From Candidatus Moraniibacteriota bacterium (GTDB lineage Bacteria; Patescibacteriota; Minisyncoccia; Moranbacterales; GWC2-37-73), in the NCBI GenBank assembly GCA_003507445.1, contig DNVR01000019.1, forward strand, positions 206,132 through 270,131: a stretch of DNA of 64,000 bases, read 5' to 3'. The number at the start of each line of letters is the position of its first letter. Position 1 is the stretch's first letter. Under the pieces are notes generated by a model. That model worked only from the letters and a program-made list of their open reading frames with translations, had not been told where the DNA came from and did no database searches. Positions 46,104-56,116 of the stretch are shown here, piece after piece. Made by a program: the position numbers and the translations under genes.

Positions 46104-46222
46104 GTTTTTTTGTTTCGCCTGTTTCCTCTTTCGGCACGCTCTTGGCCGAAAGCTATGGCCAATCGCTCTTGCCTGCTATTTCGCAGCCAACGGCCTCAAG
46201 AGAAAACAGGCTCACAAAAAAC
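46104..46222 (+). repeat. structured intergenic element E2 (paralog of E1 at 32131-32243)
   Basis: same terminal arms; internal hairpin uuggcc-GAAAGCUAU-ggccaa differs from E1 by compensatory changes; ORF 46055..46279 overlapping it is judged spurious. Confidence 0.5.
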
Positions 46223-46282
46223 CACATGTTATATATGATCCTTAGTTTCATTGATATTTTTTTAAAAAAACAAAAATAAATT

Positions 46283-46894
46283 ATGAAAAGTCCTCAATTT
46301 AAGGCGGGCGATATAGGTGTATTTAACAAAAAAGTATCATTAATTGAACTTAGGAAAGTTGATCCAATTTCAATAGTTGGGCTGTATGTTTCAGAGGCTT
46401 TGTTGTTTTTGGGGATCTTGCTTATTTTGCTTAACAATTTAAATGTTGTTGCTCCAGGGAGTTATTTTGGTGCATATAACTGGGTAACTGTTACGGTTTT
46501 TTCCATTGGGCTTGTTATTAATTTTATTTCCATTCCATTTTTATATTTTTCCAGTTTGAGAAATTTTGTAAAAGAAAGTGAATTTTGGGACAAGGAAACA
46601 TTTTGGATTTTGCCATTGTTTTTTTTCGGAACATTTTTTCTATACAATAGTCTTATAGCTCCGGCGCTGGTTTTGCTTATTTTGTCGATTATGACCATCG
46701 CATCTATCCATATCAAATTTATATTCAAGGCTCGAAAAATAAATATGGAAAATGAAAAAGGTTTATATGCTAGCAGGGAGCAATATGTAATAACCTTAAA
46801 ATATCTTTCGGCTTATTACGTCTTATTGTTGGCATTGCTTGTTTCTTTTGATCCATTGTATCAAGTGTTCTTTTGGATTCGTTTACATACTTAA
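46283..46894 (+). CDS. hypothetical integral membrane protein
   Basis: 203 aa; 5-6 TM helices. Confidence 0.45.
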   Translation: MKSPQFKAGDIGVFNKKVSLIELRKVDPISIVGLYVSEALLFLGILLILLNNLNVVAPGSYFGAYNWVTVTVFSIGLVINFISIPFLYFSSLRNFVKESEFWDKETFWILPLFFFGTFFLYNSLIAPALVLLILSIMTIASIHIKFIFKARKINMENEKGLYASREQYVITLKYLSAYYVLLLALLVSFDPLYQVFFWIRLHT

Positions 46895-46912
46895 AATAAG
46901 TTTGAGTTAAAC

Positions 46913-46949
46913 CCCAGTTAAATACTCGCCAAAGGCGAATTTAACGGGG
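46913..46949 (+). promoter_or_regulatory. SD-sequestering 5'-leader hairpin upstream of eno
   Basis: CCCCAGTTAAAT-actcgccaaaggcga-ATTTAACGGGGTAAAA then ATG 46958; near-identical arms to 30103 copy. Confidence 0.45.
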
Positions 46950-46957
46950 TAAAATAT

Positions 46958-48253
46958 ATGATGAAAATTACAAATATTGTCGGCAGGGAAATTTTGGATT
47001 CACGAGGAAATCCCACGGTGGAAGTGGAAGTTTTTTTGAGTGGCGGTGAAAGCGCTGCGGCAGCTGTTCCTTCGGGAGCTTCAACTGGAAAATTTGAAGC
47101 ACTTGAACTTAGGGATGGCGATGAAGCACGTTATGGTGGTTTGGGTGTTTTGAAAGCTGTAAAAAATATCAACACAGAAATTAAGGAAGCCCTTGTTGGC
47201 AAGGATGCAAGTCAGCAGTTTACTATTGATGAGATTATGCTTGAGCTTGATGGCACGGAAAATAAATCGCATTTGGGAGCAAATGCCATTTTGGGTGTTT
47301 CTCTTGCAGTTTGTCGCGCAGTTGCAAAGGCAAAAAAAATTCCTCTTTACGAATATATTAATGAAATTTCCAATCTTAACGTGAAGCCAAAACTTCCTGT
47401 GCCAATGTTTAATGTGCTTAATGGTGGAATGCATAGTGACAGTGGACTTAGCATTCAAGAATTTAAAGTTATTCCAACCGGAATTAAAACATTCAAGGAA
47501 CAATTAAGAGCGGGAAGTGAAATATTTCATAAACTTAAAAAGATTATTGAAGCAGGCCGCCATAGTAGTGGTGTTGGCGATGAAGGAGGTTTTTCTCCGA
47601 AGTTGGAAAGCAACACGCAAGCCTTGGAACTTATTAATCAAGCGATCTCAGAAAGCGGTTACAGACTTGGAACCGAGGTTAATTTGGGCATTGATGCCGC
47701 CGCCAGTAATTTTTATGAAGAAGATGAGAAACATTATTTGGTTAAGCCGGAAGGTGTACACTTGGAACGCGAGCGCTTGATTAACATGTACAAGGAATGG
47801 ATTGATAAATATCACGTTGTTTCAGTGGAAGATGGTTTGGCTGAGGATGATTGGGAAGGATGGAAAATTATGACTGAAAAAATTGCAGGCAAACAAATTT
47901 TGAATGGAATTCCTAAAAATGTTTTAAGTGAAAATTTGTTGGTCGGAGATGATTTGTTGGTCACAAATGTGAAGCGCGTTGAGCGGGCAATCAAGGAAAA
48001 AGCTTGCAATGCAGTTTTGATTAAAGTTAATCAAATTGGCAGTCTTTCTGAAACACTTGAATGCATACGTTTGGCCAAAAAGAATAAAATGAAAATTATG
48101 ATTTCGCATCGCTCCGGAGAAACCACTGATGATTTTATTGCTGATTTGGCGGCAGGCACTGCAGCTGAATTTATAAAATCTGGATCACTTTCAAGAGGAG
48201 AAAGACTTTGCAAATATAATCGACTTATGAAAATCGAGCAAGAATTAAGATGA
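46958..48253 (+). CDS. eno: enolase
   Basis: 431 aa; ILDSRGNPTVEVEV, SHRSGETTD, active-site Lys (LIKVNQIGSL). Confidence 0.9.
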   Translation: MMKITNIVGREILDSRGNPTVEVEVFLSGGESAAAAVPSGASTGKFEALELRDGDEARYGGLGVLKAVKNINTEIKEALVGKDASQQFTIDEIMLELDGTENKSHLGANAILGVSLAVCRAVAKAKKIPLYEYINEISNLNVKPKLPVPMFNVLNGGMHSDSGLSIQEFKVIPTGIKTFKEQLRAGSEIFHKLKKIIEAGRHSSGVGDEGGFSPKLESNTQALELINQAISESGYRLGTEVNLGIDAAASNFYEEDEKHYLVKPEGVHLERERLINMYKEWIDKYHVVSVEDGLAEDDWEGWKIMTEKIAGKQILNGIPKNVLSENLLVGDDLLVTNVKRVERAIKEKACNAVLIKVNQIGSLSETLECIRLAKKNKMKIMISHRSGETTDDFIADLAAGTAAEFIKSGSLSRGERLCKYNRLMKIEQELR

Positions 48254-48260
48254 AAAATAA

Positions 48261-49268
48261 ATGTACAATATAATTTGCATTGGCTCCACCTCTAAAGATA
48301 TTTTTTTCCCAACAAATGAGGGTGTTATTTTTGATACTCCTTTGGAAATTACTTCGCAAAAAAAAATCGCATTTGAGTTGGGTGCGAAATATCAAGTGAA
48401 AGAGCGCTTTGAAGCGCTGGGTGGCTGCGCTGCTAATGTTGCGCAAGGGTTAACAAAACTTGGCGAACAGTCGGAATGTTATTCCAAGATTGGCGATGAT
48501 GAACTTGGACACTGGATAAAAAAAACGCTTATTAATGGAGGCGTTGGCGTGGAGGCGCTTGAAATTGAAAAAGAATGCAAGAGTGATCTTTCCTTGATTA
48601 TAGTGAATATGAATTCTGGAGAGAGAACTGTTTTTTCCGATAGGGATGCTAATAATAAGCTTACTATACTGCCAGAAAAACTTAAGCATGCACATTGGAT
48701 TTTCATCAGTTCACTCAATGGTGATTGGCAGCAGCATTTAAGAACAATATTGGTTATAGCAAAAGAGAAAAACATTCGTGTTGCATTTAATCCTGGTCAA
48801 AAAAATATTAAAACCGATCTTCTTGAAGTTACTAATGCAATAACTGCAAGTGAAATATTTTTTATAAATAAAGATGAGGCAATTGAAATAGTTGGTGGCT
48901 TGGGGGATAATATGATTTCTGAACTTTTAGAAAATGAAGAATATTTGGCTAAAGTTTTGTATCGACTTAGTCGTGGGATTATTGTTATTACAGATGGAGA
49001 AAGAGGTGCTTGGTGTTATAATGGAGATAGTTTTTTTCATGGTGATGCTTTGATACAAAAAGCTGTTGATACTACGGGCGCAGGTGACGCATTCACCAGT
49101 GGATTTTTTGCAGCATATTTGAAAGGAAAGGATCCTGAGGAATGTTTGAGCTGGGGGATTGTGAATTCGAGTAGTTCAGTTAAGGAATATGGTGGACAAA
49201 AAGGATTGTTAACGCAAGAAGAAATAGAGAAGATGCTTTCTCAAATTAAAATAAAAAAAGTGAACTAA
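48261..49268 (+). CDS. PfkB-family carbohydrate kinase (ribokinase-like)
   Basis: 335 aa; GG motif (ALGGCAANVA), DTTGAGDAF ATP-binding motif. Confidence 0.75.
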   Translation: MYNIICIGSTSKDIFFPTNEGVIFDTPLEITSQKKIAFELGAKYQVKERFEALGGCAANVAQGLTKLGEQSECYSKIGDDELGHWIKKTLINGGVGVEALEIEKECKSDLSLIIVNMNSGERTVFSDRDANNKLTILPEKLKHAHWIFISSLNGDWQQHLRTILVIAKEKNIRVAFNPGQKNIKTDLLEVTNAITASEIFFINKDEAIEIVGGLGDNMISELLENEEYLAKVLYRLSRGIIVITDGERGAWCYNGDSFFHGDALIQKAVDTTGAGDAFTSGFFAAYLKGKDPEECLSWGIVNSSSSVKEYGGQKGLLTQEEIEKMLSQIKIKKVN

Positions 49269-49286
49269 TGTATTTCAAGTTTCATT

Positions 49287-50546
49287 ATGTCTATTTTTTC
49301 TAAAATATTTTCAAAAAACAACGCTGAATATTATTTGGCGCTGGACATTGGAACTGAAGTTGCCAAGGCTTTGGTTTTTCAGATTAATGCTGAAGAAAAG
49401 GTTGGCTATGTTGTTGGTGTTGGAAAAGAAAGACAGAAAAAAGGGAATATGCAAAGCGGCGCAGTCTCTGATATTTCAGGTGTAATTGAAACTTGTCAGA
49501 TTTCCATAAGCAAAGCTCTTGAGAAAGCTAATATAAAAAAAGTTAAAAAGGCAATCGTTGGTATTGCTGGAGAATTGGTGAAGGGAACCACCACAACAGT
49601 GCATTATGAACGTGGAAATCCTGATTCGCGCATTGATTTTCCTGAACTGAAAAATATTATTGCAAAAGTTCAAACTAAAGCATATGAAAGAATCCAAGAG
49701 CAGATTGCTTGGGAAACAGGACAGGATATTGAAGTAAAATTAATAAACGCGGCCATTGTTGATGTCAGAATTGATGGTTATCAAGTAACTAATCCGATTG
49801 GTTTTCAAGGTAAGGATGTTTCGGTTAGTATTTTCAATGCATATGCGCCGATGATTCATTTGGGAGCACTTCAAGCTATTGCTGATGAACTTAATATTGA
49901 TTTGCTTAGTATTGCAGCAGAACCTTATGCTGTGGCGCGAAGCGTTGATTATGACGACGCCCTTGATTTTAGTGCTATATTTATTGACATAGGAGGTGGA
50001 ACAACGGATATTGCAGTTGTGAGAAATGGTGGACTTGAGGGCACTAAAATGTTTGCATTTGGTGGACGAGCTTTTACTAAAAAACTAGCGCAAGAACTGC
50101 GAATTGATTTTGAAGAAGCTGAAGAATTGAAAATAAAATATGCCGAAGGAAAATTGGGCGCTGATGTGAGCTCAAAAGTGGAACAAATTTTGCAAAGTGA
50201 TGCATCAGTGTGGCTGAGTGGTGTTGAACTTTCACTTTCTGAATTTGCTGGCAGCGATGTTTTGCCATCAAAAATATTGCTTTGTGGTGGTGGTAGCGGC
50301 TTGCCGGGTATAAAAAAAATATTGCTGACAAAGGAATGGGCTGCTAATTTGCCTTTCTCAAAACCCCCGAGTGTGAATTATTTGCAGCCGCGAGATGTAG
50401 TACGAATTGTGGATCAAACAAATGAACTTAAAAATCCTCAAGATGTTACTCCAATGGGCTTGGCTAATTTGGTGATGGATGTGACAGGTGAAGAAAAAGT
50501 AATGGCTGGAATACTCAGAAGAGTTTTACAAACAATGCAAGACTAA
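49287..50546 (+). CDS. ftsA: FtsA-like actin-fold ATPase (cell division protein FtsA/PilM-like)
   Basis: 419 aa; LALDIGTEVAKALV phosphate-1, DIGGGTTDIAVV phosphate-2, GGG adenosine motif. Confidence 0.6.
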   Translation: MSIFSKIFSKNNAEYYLALDIGTEVAKALVFQINAEEKVGYVVGVGKERQKKGNMQSGAVSDISGVIETCQISISKALEKANIKKVKKAIVGIAGELVKGTTTTVHYERGNPDSRIDFPELKNIIAKVQTKAYERIQEQIAWETGQDIEVKLINAAIVDVRIDGYQVTNPIGFQGKDVSVSIFNAYAPMIHLGALQAIADELNIDLLSIAAEPYAVARSVDYDDALDFSAIFIDIGGGTTDIAVVRNGGLEGTKMFAFGGRAFTKKLAQELRIDFEEAEELKIKYAEGKLGADVSSKVEQILQSDASVWLSGVELSLSEFAGSDVLPSKILLCGGGSGLPGIKKILLTKEWAANLPFSKPPSVNYLQPRDVVRIVDQTNELKNPQDVTPMGLANLVMDVTGEEKVMAGILRRVLQTMQD

Positions 50547-50643
50547 GATAGTTATAAAGTTATAAAGTTATAAAGTCGCAAGGTCTGTAAGGAAATATTT
50601 TCTTTAAGAACCTTAAGAACTTTAAAAACTTGGAACTAATGTT

Positions 50644-52497
50644 ATGCATCAGACATTTTACATCGATTTGGAAGAGGAAATCTCATCAGTGATTGACCGA
50701 CTGAATAAATCTATGGCTACGGATAATTATTTCGTGGTGCCAAAGCGTGCAATTTTTCTGCAAAGCGTTGTTAATTTGAAACTTTTGAAACGTGAAGCTG
50801 ACAAAGTTGGAAAGCATATAATTATTATTACGCAAGATGAGATTGGAGCATCGATGGCTCAGCGATGCGGGATTGATACTCGCAGCACAACTGATGGTTT
50901 GGAATCAATTATGGACAATGAGGATGAAGAAATGGAAGATGAACTTGAATATGAAACTCCTGAAGTTGTTATTAAAGCTGAACAAAAAAAACAAAACAGA
51001 TTGAGAGGTGTTGGATCAAATGATTTTTATGATTTGGCTACGAGTATTGATGAGAAAGATTCTCAATCGGATGTAACTTTTTCTAATTCGAAACGTGCTC
51101 ATATTAATTCAGTTTCATCTGCGAATAAAAAAAGAGAAGCTTCATATGCGGAGCCATCTCGAGTTCCTGTTTATAAAAATGTTCAACCAAGAATGAATGC
51201 TGCCCGCAGGCCCCAGGTTGTTACTGGTTTGGGAAATAAAAATCGTCTTGATTTTGAAAAAGAAAAAACTCTTGAAAAAATGTATGCAGTAAAGGAAAAA
51301 AATGTAAAAGAGCCTGCAGCTCCAGTTTCGAGCAGTGAAAGAAAAATTAAAAAAATATTCCTGATGTTTATAGGGCTTTGCGCGCTTGTCTTTGTTGGTG
51401 TGGCAGTATATTTATTTTTACCAAGTGCAAAAATAATCATCGAGCCAAATATTACGAAAAATAAAATAGATCTTGATTTGAATGGTGTGGCTGGTTCTGC
51501 TGAAACCAATCAAACCAGCATTCCGATTCGTGTAATCAGCAAAGAAGAAAGTGTTGCTCTTTCTTATGAAGTGAAAGGTGGCTCTGCGGTGGCGGGCAAA
51601 AAAGCTCACGGCAATGTTGTGATTTATAATGAATATGATTCTTCTCCTCAAACATTGATCGCCACAACAAGATTTGAATCAAAAGATGGCAAAATATTTC
51701 GTCTTGTGAAAAACATCGTTGTTCCTGGAACAAGTGCCATTGCAGGGGAAATTAAGCCAGGTGCAATTACTGCCGAGATAATTGCTGATGAGCCCGGACC
51801 ATCTTATAATATTGAGCCTACAGATTTTACCATTCCCGGCTTCAAGGGTGGACCGAAATATACAAAATTTTATGCCAAATCAACGGAGCCAATGGCGGGA
51901 GGCTCTATTGAAGGTGAAACTGCAGGAGGTGCGGTTAGTCAAAATGATATTGATGGTGCAAAACAAAAAACAGAAACCAGTCTTAAAGAGCAGCTCATTA
52001 AAGCTGTTAATGATGAGTTAAAGAATGATGAAGTAGCTCTTGAGCAGACTCAAAAAATTACAATCACAAAATCTAGCGCCGGTGTGAAGGTGGGAGATAT
52101 GGTGGGAGAGCTTGAATACACTGCAGTTGCATCCGTCTACGTTTTGGTATTTTCAGAAAATGACGTAAGAACTGTAATTGAGCAGTCTTTGGCGAGTGAG
52201 CAAACACAAGATGTCAAAAAAGATATTTCCAAAATAGAATATGGAACAGCCGATGCTGATTTCGAGAAAAACACCCTTAAATTGAAGGTATATGGTGAGA
52301 TAACATCCACTCCTATTATTGATAAAGAACAAATAAAGAAGGAATTATTGGGCAAAACCGATGAGCAATTGCCAGCAATTTTAAGAAAATATTCAACAGT
52401 AAAGAGTGTTAATGTTGAATTTCAGCCAAAATTTGTTTCGCGTATACCTCAATATTCACAGAGAGTAAGCGTCGAAATCAAAAATATAGCAAATTAG
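50644..52497 (+). CDS. hypothetical bitopic membrane protein (617 aa)
   Basis: about 240-aa N-terminal cytoplasmic region, acidic linker, single TM (IFLMFIGLCALVFVGVAVYLFL), large extracytoplasmic domain. Confidence 0.5.
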   Translation: MHQTFYIDLEEEISSVIDRLNKSMATDNYFVVPKRAIFLQSVVNLKLLKREADKVGKHIIIITQDEIGASMAQRCGIDTRSTTDGLESIMDNEDEEMEDELEYETPEVVIKAEQKKQNRLRGVGSNDFYDLATSIDEKDSQSDVTFSNSKRAHINSVSSANKKREASYAEPSRVPVYKNVQPRMNAARRPQVVTGLGNKNRLDFEKEKTLEKMYAVKEKNVKEPAAPVSSSERKIKKIFLMFIGLCALVFVGVAVYLFLPSAKIIIEPNITKNKIDLDLNGVAGSAETNQTSIPIRVISKEESVALSYEVKGGSAVAGKKAHGNVVIYNEYDSSPQTLIATTRFESKDGKIFRLVKNIVVPGTSAIAGEIKPGAITAEIIADEPGPSYNIEPTDFTIPGFKGGPKYTKFYAKSTEPMAGGSIEGETAGGAVSQNDIDGAKQKTETSLKEQLIKAVNDELKNDEVALEQTQKITITKSSAGVKVGDMVGELEYTAVASVYVLVFSENDVRTVIEQSLASEQTQDVKKDISKIEYGTADADFEKNTLKLKVYGEITSTPIIDKEQIKKELLGKTDEQLPAILRKYSTVKSVNVEFQPKFVSRIPQYSQRVSVEIKNIAN

Positions 52498-52728
52498 GTC
52501 TAATTTAAGCCAAAAAGTAAAAGAATAGGAATCTGAAAAGAAAGGAGGTATTTTAGGGTGCACACTGGGGTTGACAATAAAACAATACTTTGTTAAGATT
52601 GCTATACGTTTTAGAAAAACTTAATAAAGCCTACAGATTAGAGGAACTTACTATTTGAATTTCAAGAATGAGGATAGTGTGTGGCAAGTAAATCCCCTCT
52701 ATTTTTATGTTGTAATTGAAAGTAAAAT

Positions 52729-52953
52729 ATGGCCCCAAAACAGGAAAAAGAATTGATAAAACTTGAGGGAACTATCATTGAAACGTTGCCAAGCACGACG
52801 TTTCGAGTGCGTTTGGACAATGGCCATGAAGTGCTTGCACATATTTCAGGAAGAATGAGAGTGAACTATATCAGATTACTCCCCGGTGATCGTGTACTTA
52901 TGGAAATGAGTCCATATGATCTAACAAAGGGACGAGTAACTCAAAGAATGTAA
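52729..52953 (+). CDS. infA: translation initiation factor IF-1
   Basis: 74 aa S1-like OB; [31 protein letters not shown]. Confidence 0.85.
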   Translation: MAPKQEKELIKLEGTIIETLPSTTFRVRLDNGHEVLAHISGRMRVNYIRLLPGDRVLMEMSPYDLTKGRVTQRM

Positions 52954-53044
52954 TAACTAATAACTAAAGACTCACAACTAATGACAATTGCCACGTTGGC
53001 GATTGGAGAAAAAGTTATAAGTAGTTGGGTAGTGGATAAATTTT

Positions 53045-53158
53045 ATGAAAGTACGAGCATCAGTTAAGAAAATGTGTGCTAAATGTAAAATTGTTAGACG
53101 TAGAGGGCGAGTCTATGTGGTTTGTTCTACGCCAAAACATAAACAACGACAAGGCTAA
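53045..53158 (+). CDS. rpmJ: 50S ribosomal protein L36
   Basis: 37 aa [37 protein letters not shown]; not in ORF track; zinc ribbon C-x2-C...C. Confidence 0.8.
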   Translation: MKVRASVKKMCAKCKIVRRRGRVYVVCSTPKHKQRQG

Positions 53159-53242
53159 TTTCCCAAGAATTTCGTCCGCCAGCCGGCGGATCAAATTTCG
53201 TTTTTCGTTATAATTCAAAATTCTAAAATTTATTAAATCTAT

Positions 53243-53629
53243 ATGATACGTATTGCCGGAATAAATCTTCCTGATGAAAAAAGAATAGAAATTGCTTTGA
53301 CATATGTCTTTGGAATTGGACCTTCAACTAGTCGTAAGCTTTTGAAGCTTCTTGAAATTGATATGACTACTCGCACGAAAGATTTGTCAGCTGAGGATGC
53401 AAATCGACTACGCGACGAAATTGAAAAAAAATATAAAGTTGAAGGAGAACTGAAACACGAGGTGAAGATGAATATCAAACGACTTAAAGAAATTGGAAGC
53501 TATCGCGGAAGTCGACATCAAAAAGGACTTCCAGTGAACGGTCAGCGAACAAAGACCAATAGTAGAACAGTTCGAGGAAACGTTCGAAGAACTATGGGAA
53601 GTGGACGAAGATCAGAATCAAAGACATAG
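53243..53629 (+). CDS. rpsM: 30S ribosomal protein S13
   Basis: MIRIAGINLPDEKRIEIALTYVFGIG. Confidence 0.9.
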   Translation: MIRIAGINLPDEKRIEIALTYVFGIGPSTSRKLLKLLEIDMTTRTKDLSAEDANRLRDEIEKKYKVEGELKHEVKMNIKRLKEIGSYRGSRHQKGLPVNGQRTKTNSRTVRGNVRRTMGSGRRSESKT

Positions 53630-53742
53630 ATCCAAATAATGATGCGAATTATATCCGAATATAATCCGAATCATAAATATAAAAATTCAATTAAAAATAA
53701 TTCGGATGTAATTGGGATATAATTTGGATAAAAAATTAGGAT

Positions 53743-54222
53743 ATGGCAGATGAAATTAAAACAACTGAAGAAGTGATGGCTGAAGTTTCTTTGGAAACTG
53801 AGGTTGTTGGTGCTGCTGAAGCTGAACAAGCTACAGAAGCTGAAACAAAGAAGAAAAAGAAGAAATTGAAGAGACAAATCTTGAAAGGGCAAGCTCACAT
53901 CAAATGCACCTATAATAATACCATGGTGATGATTTCTGATGCTAATGGTGCAATGTTGGGATGGTCAAGTTCTGGATTATTGGGATTTAAGGGCGCAAAA
54001 AAAGCGACTCCATATGCAGCAACGCAAGTTGTGCACGATGTTTCAGAAAAAGTTAAGAAATATGGTATGCACGAATTGGACGTTTTTGTTAGAGGCGTTG
54101 GCAGCGGTCGTGAATCATCAATTCGATCATTGGCAAACAAAGGTTTTGAACTTACTGCAATCAAAGATGTGACACCAATTCCTCATAACGGATGCAGAGC
54201 GAAAAAACCGCGACGAGTATAA
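53743..54222 (+). CDS. rpsK: 30S ribosomal protein S11 (with ~45-aa acidic/Lys N-terminal extension)
   Basis: core GQAHIKCTYNNTMVMISDANGAML...GFKGAKKATPYAA. Confidence 0.9.
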   Translation: MADEIKTTEEVMAEVSLETEVVGAAEAEQATEAETKKKKKKLKRQILKGQAHIKCTYNNTMVMISDANGAMLGWSSSGLLGFKGAKKATPYAATQVVHDVSEKVKKYGMHELDVFVRGVGSGRESSIRSLANKGFELTAIKDVTPIPHNGCRAKKPRRV

Positions 54223-54225
54223 TTT

Positions 54226-54307
54226 CCACATAACATAGAACATAAAACACATAACATGAATACGGATTAGGAATTTTTGTTCCATGCTCCATGTTCCATG
54301 TTCAATG
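54226..54307. repeat. CATG-rich intergenic hairpin element (rpsK-rpsD spacer)
   Basis: arms cacataacatagaacataaaacacataacatg / catgctccatgttccatgttcaatg around conserved loop GAATACGGATTAGGAATTTTTGTTCCATG. Confidence 0.6.
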
Positions 54308-54314
54308 ACAAGAT

Positions 54315-54950
54315 ATGGCACGAGATTTATTAGGGTCAAAATGTAAGAGATGTCGCAGAGCTCAAGAAAAGCTTTTCTTGAAAGGCGACCGATGTAACAG
54401 CGCAAAATGTGCTATTTCACGGCGTCCATATGCACCTGGTGTTCATGGTAAGAACATTTCCAGAGGATTGAGCGAATTTGGAAAACAACTTGCAATGAAG
54501 CAACGCATTAAAAGAATGTATGGAGTCTTGGAGAGACAATTTCGTAAGCACTATGACGAAATTAGCAACAAACCTGGCGTTACTGGAGACTTGCTAATGA
54601 CACGACTTGAAATGCGATTGGATAATGTTGTTCGCAAAATGGGACTCGCATCTTCTCCAATTCAAGCAAGACAGTTGGTAACTCACGGAGCATTTTTGGT
54701 TAACGGCAAAAAACTTACAATTCCTTCTTGTTTGGTTAAGATTGGCGACGTTATTTCAGTTAAAGAATCAAAGAAGGGAAATGCATATTTTGTAAATCAA
54801 ATTCAAACTCTCGCTAATAAGAAAGATTTTCCGCGTTGGATTCAATTTGATCAATCAAAGTTGGAAGGCAAGGTTATTTCATTGCCAACCCGCGAAGATG
54901 TGGGAGTGCATGTTGATCCACAAATGGTTGTTGAATCATATTCACGTTAA
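54315..54950 (+). CDS. rpsD: 30S ribosomal protein S4
   Basis: N-terminal Zn-finger-like CKRCRR...C...C, S4 RNA-binding domain. Confidence 0.9.
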   Translation: MARDLLGSKCKRCRRAQEKLFLKGDRCNSAKCAISRRPYAPGVHGKNISRGLSEFGKQLAMKQRIKRMYGVLERQFRKHYDEISNKPGVTGDLLMTRLEMRLDNVVRKMGLASSPIQARQLVTHGAFLVNGKKLTIPSCLVKIGDVISVKESKKGNAYFVNQIQTLANKKDFPRWIQFDQSKLEGKVISLPTREDVGVHVDPQMVVESYSR

Positions 54951-55044
54951 TATTGTTTTTGTTTAGAAATTATTTAACTTTTTTAATTGAAAAACGCTTT
55001 TCTTGTTCCGCCCAGCGGGATGATTAATGTGTTAGAAAGAGGAT

Positions 55045-56010
55045 ATGCAAATAGTGTCGCTTCCTCAAAAGCCAAAATACACCCCAATTGATGAGAATAG
55101 TGGGAAATTCGAAATCATGGGATGTTATCCGGGTTATGGTATGACCCTTGGTAATGCGCTTAGGCGTGTTCTTTTAGCATCTTTGGAAGGTGCAGCAGTT
55201 ACATCAGTGAAAATTAAAGGTGTTTCTCATGAATTTTCAACTCTTGATGGAGTTATGGAAGATGCAGTACAAATCATTTTGAATCTTAAGAAGATTCGTT
55301 TTAAAATGCACAGCGAAGAACCAGTAAAGGTTAGTCTTAAATTCAAAGGAGAAGGAAAGGTTACTGCAAAGGAAATCAAATGTCCTTCAAGCGTGGAAGT
55401 TGTTAATACTGATCAAATTATTGCTACTGTTACTGACAAGAAAGTTGAATTTGAAATGGAATTGGAAATCTCTCGCGGCTTGGGATATGTACCAATTGAT
55501 CAACAAGATAGACCAGAAAAGGAAATTGGTGTTATTGCAATTGATGCAGTTTACACACCGATTCGTCGCGTGAACTATGAAGTTGAAAATATGCGCGTTG
55601 GAAAAAGAACTGATTATAACAAAATTACACTTGATATTGTTACTGATGGAAGCATTACTCCTGAGGAAGCATTTAAAAAAGCTGTTGTTATTTTGGTAGA
55701 ACAGTTTTCAGTGCTTGGTGGTATTGAAATGGTTGAAGAAGTTAAGGAAGTTGAAGCAAAAGAAGCTGTGATTGTTGAGGAAAAAGCTGCTGAGCAGGAG
55801 GCTGTTGATCCTTTGAAGATTAAAGTCACTGAGCTGAAAAATCTTTCAACAAGAACGCTTAATGTGCTTGAAGCAAGTAAAATTGTTAAAATCAAGGACA
55901 TTGCAAAACTAAACGAAGAAGGATTGCTCGCATTGGAAGGTATGGGCGACAAAGGAGTAAAGGAAATTAAAAAAGCTATAGGAGAATTTGGAATAACATT
56001 AAAACAGTAA
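55045..56010 (+). CDS. rpoA: DNA-directed RNA polymerase subunit alpha
   Basis: 321 aa; NTD GYGMTLGNALRRVLL, alpha-CTD with HhH. Confidence 0.9.
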   Translation: MQIVSLPQKPKYTPIDENSGKFEIMGCYPGYGMTLGNALRRVLLASLEGAAVTSVKIKGVSHEFSTLDGVMEDAVQIILNLKKIRFKMHSEEPVKVSLKFKGEGKVTAKEIKCPSSVEVVNTDQIIATVTDKKVEFEMELEISRGLGYVPIDQQDRPEKEIGVIAIDAVYTPIRRVNYEVENMRVGKRTDYNKITLDIVTDGSITPEEAFKKAVVILVEQFSVLGGIEMVEEVKEVEAKEAVIVEEKAAEQEAVDPLKIKVTELKNLSTRTLNVLEASKIVKIKDIAKLNEEGLLALEGMGDKGVKEIKKAIGEFGITLKQ

Positions 56011-56116
56011 GTAGAAAGTTATAAAGTAGAAAGTTATAAGGTCAATAGAGTCGCTTTAGCGACATGCAAAGCAACTTTATGAACTTTAAAACTTTATGAA
56101 CTTTTAACTAATAGAT

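Noticed and set aside
46055-46279. 74-aa ORF over structured element E2
   Set aside because: The near-identical nucleotide paralog E1 (32131-32243) has no corresponding ORF. The two copies differ by compensatory hairpin changes rather than codon-preserving changes, and there is no RBS.
56012-56108. Short tandem repeats in intergenic spacers as possible CRISPR arrays
   Set aside because: Units are 8-12 bp, directly abutting without spacers, and arranged as two inverted arms. They are palindromic hairpin elements, not CRISPR.
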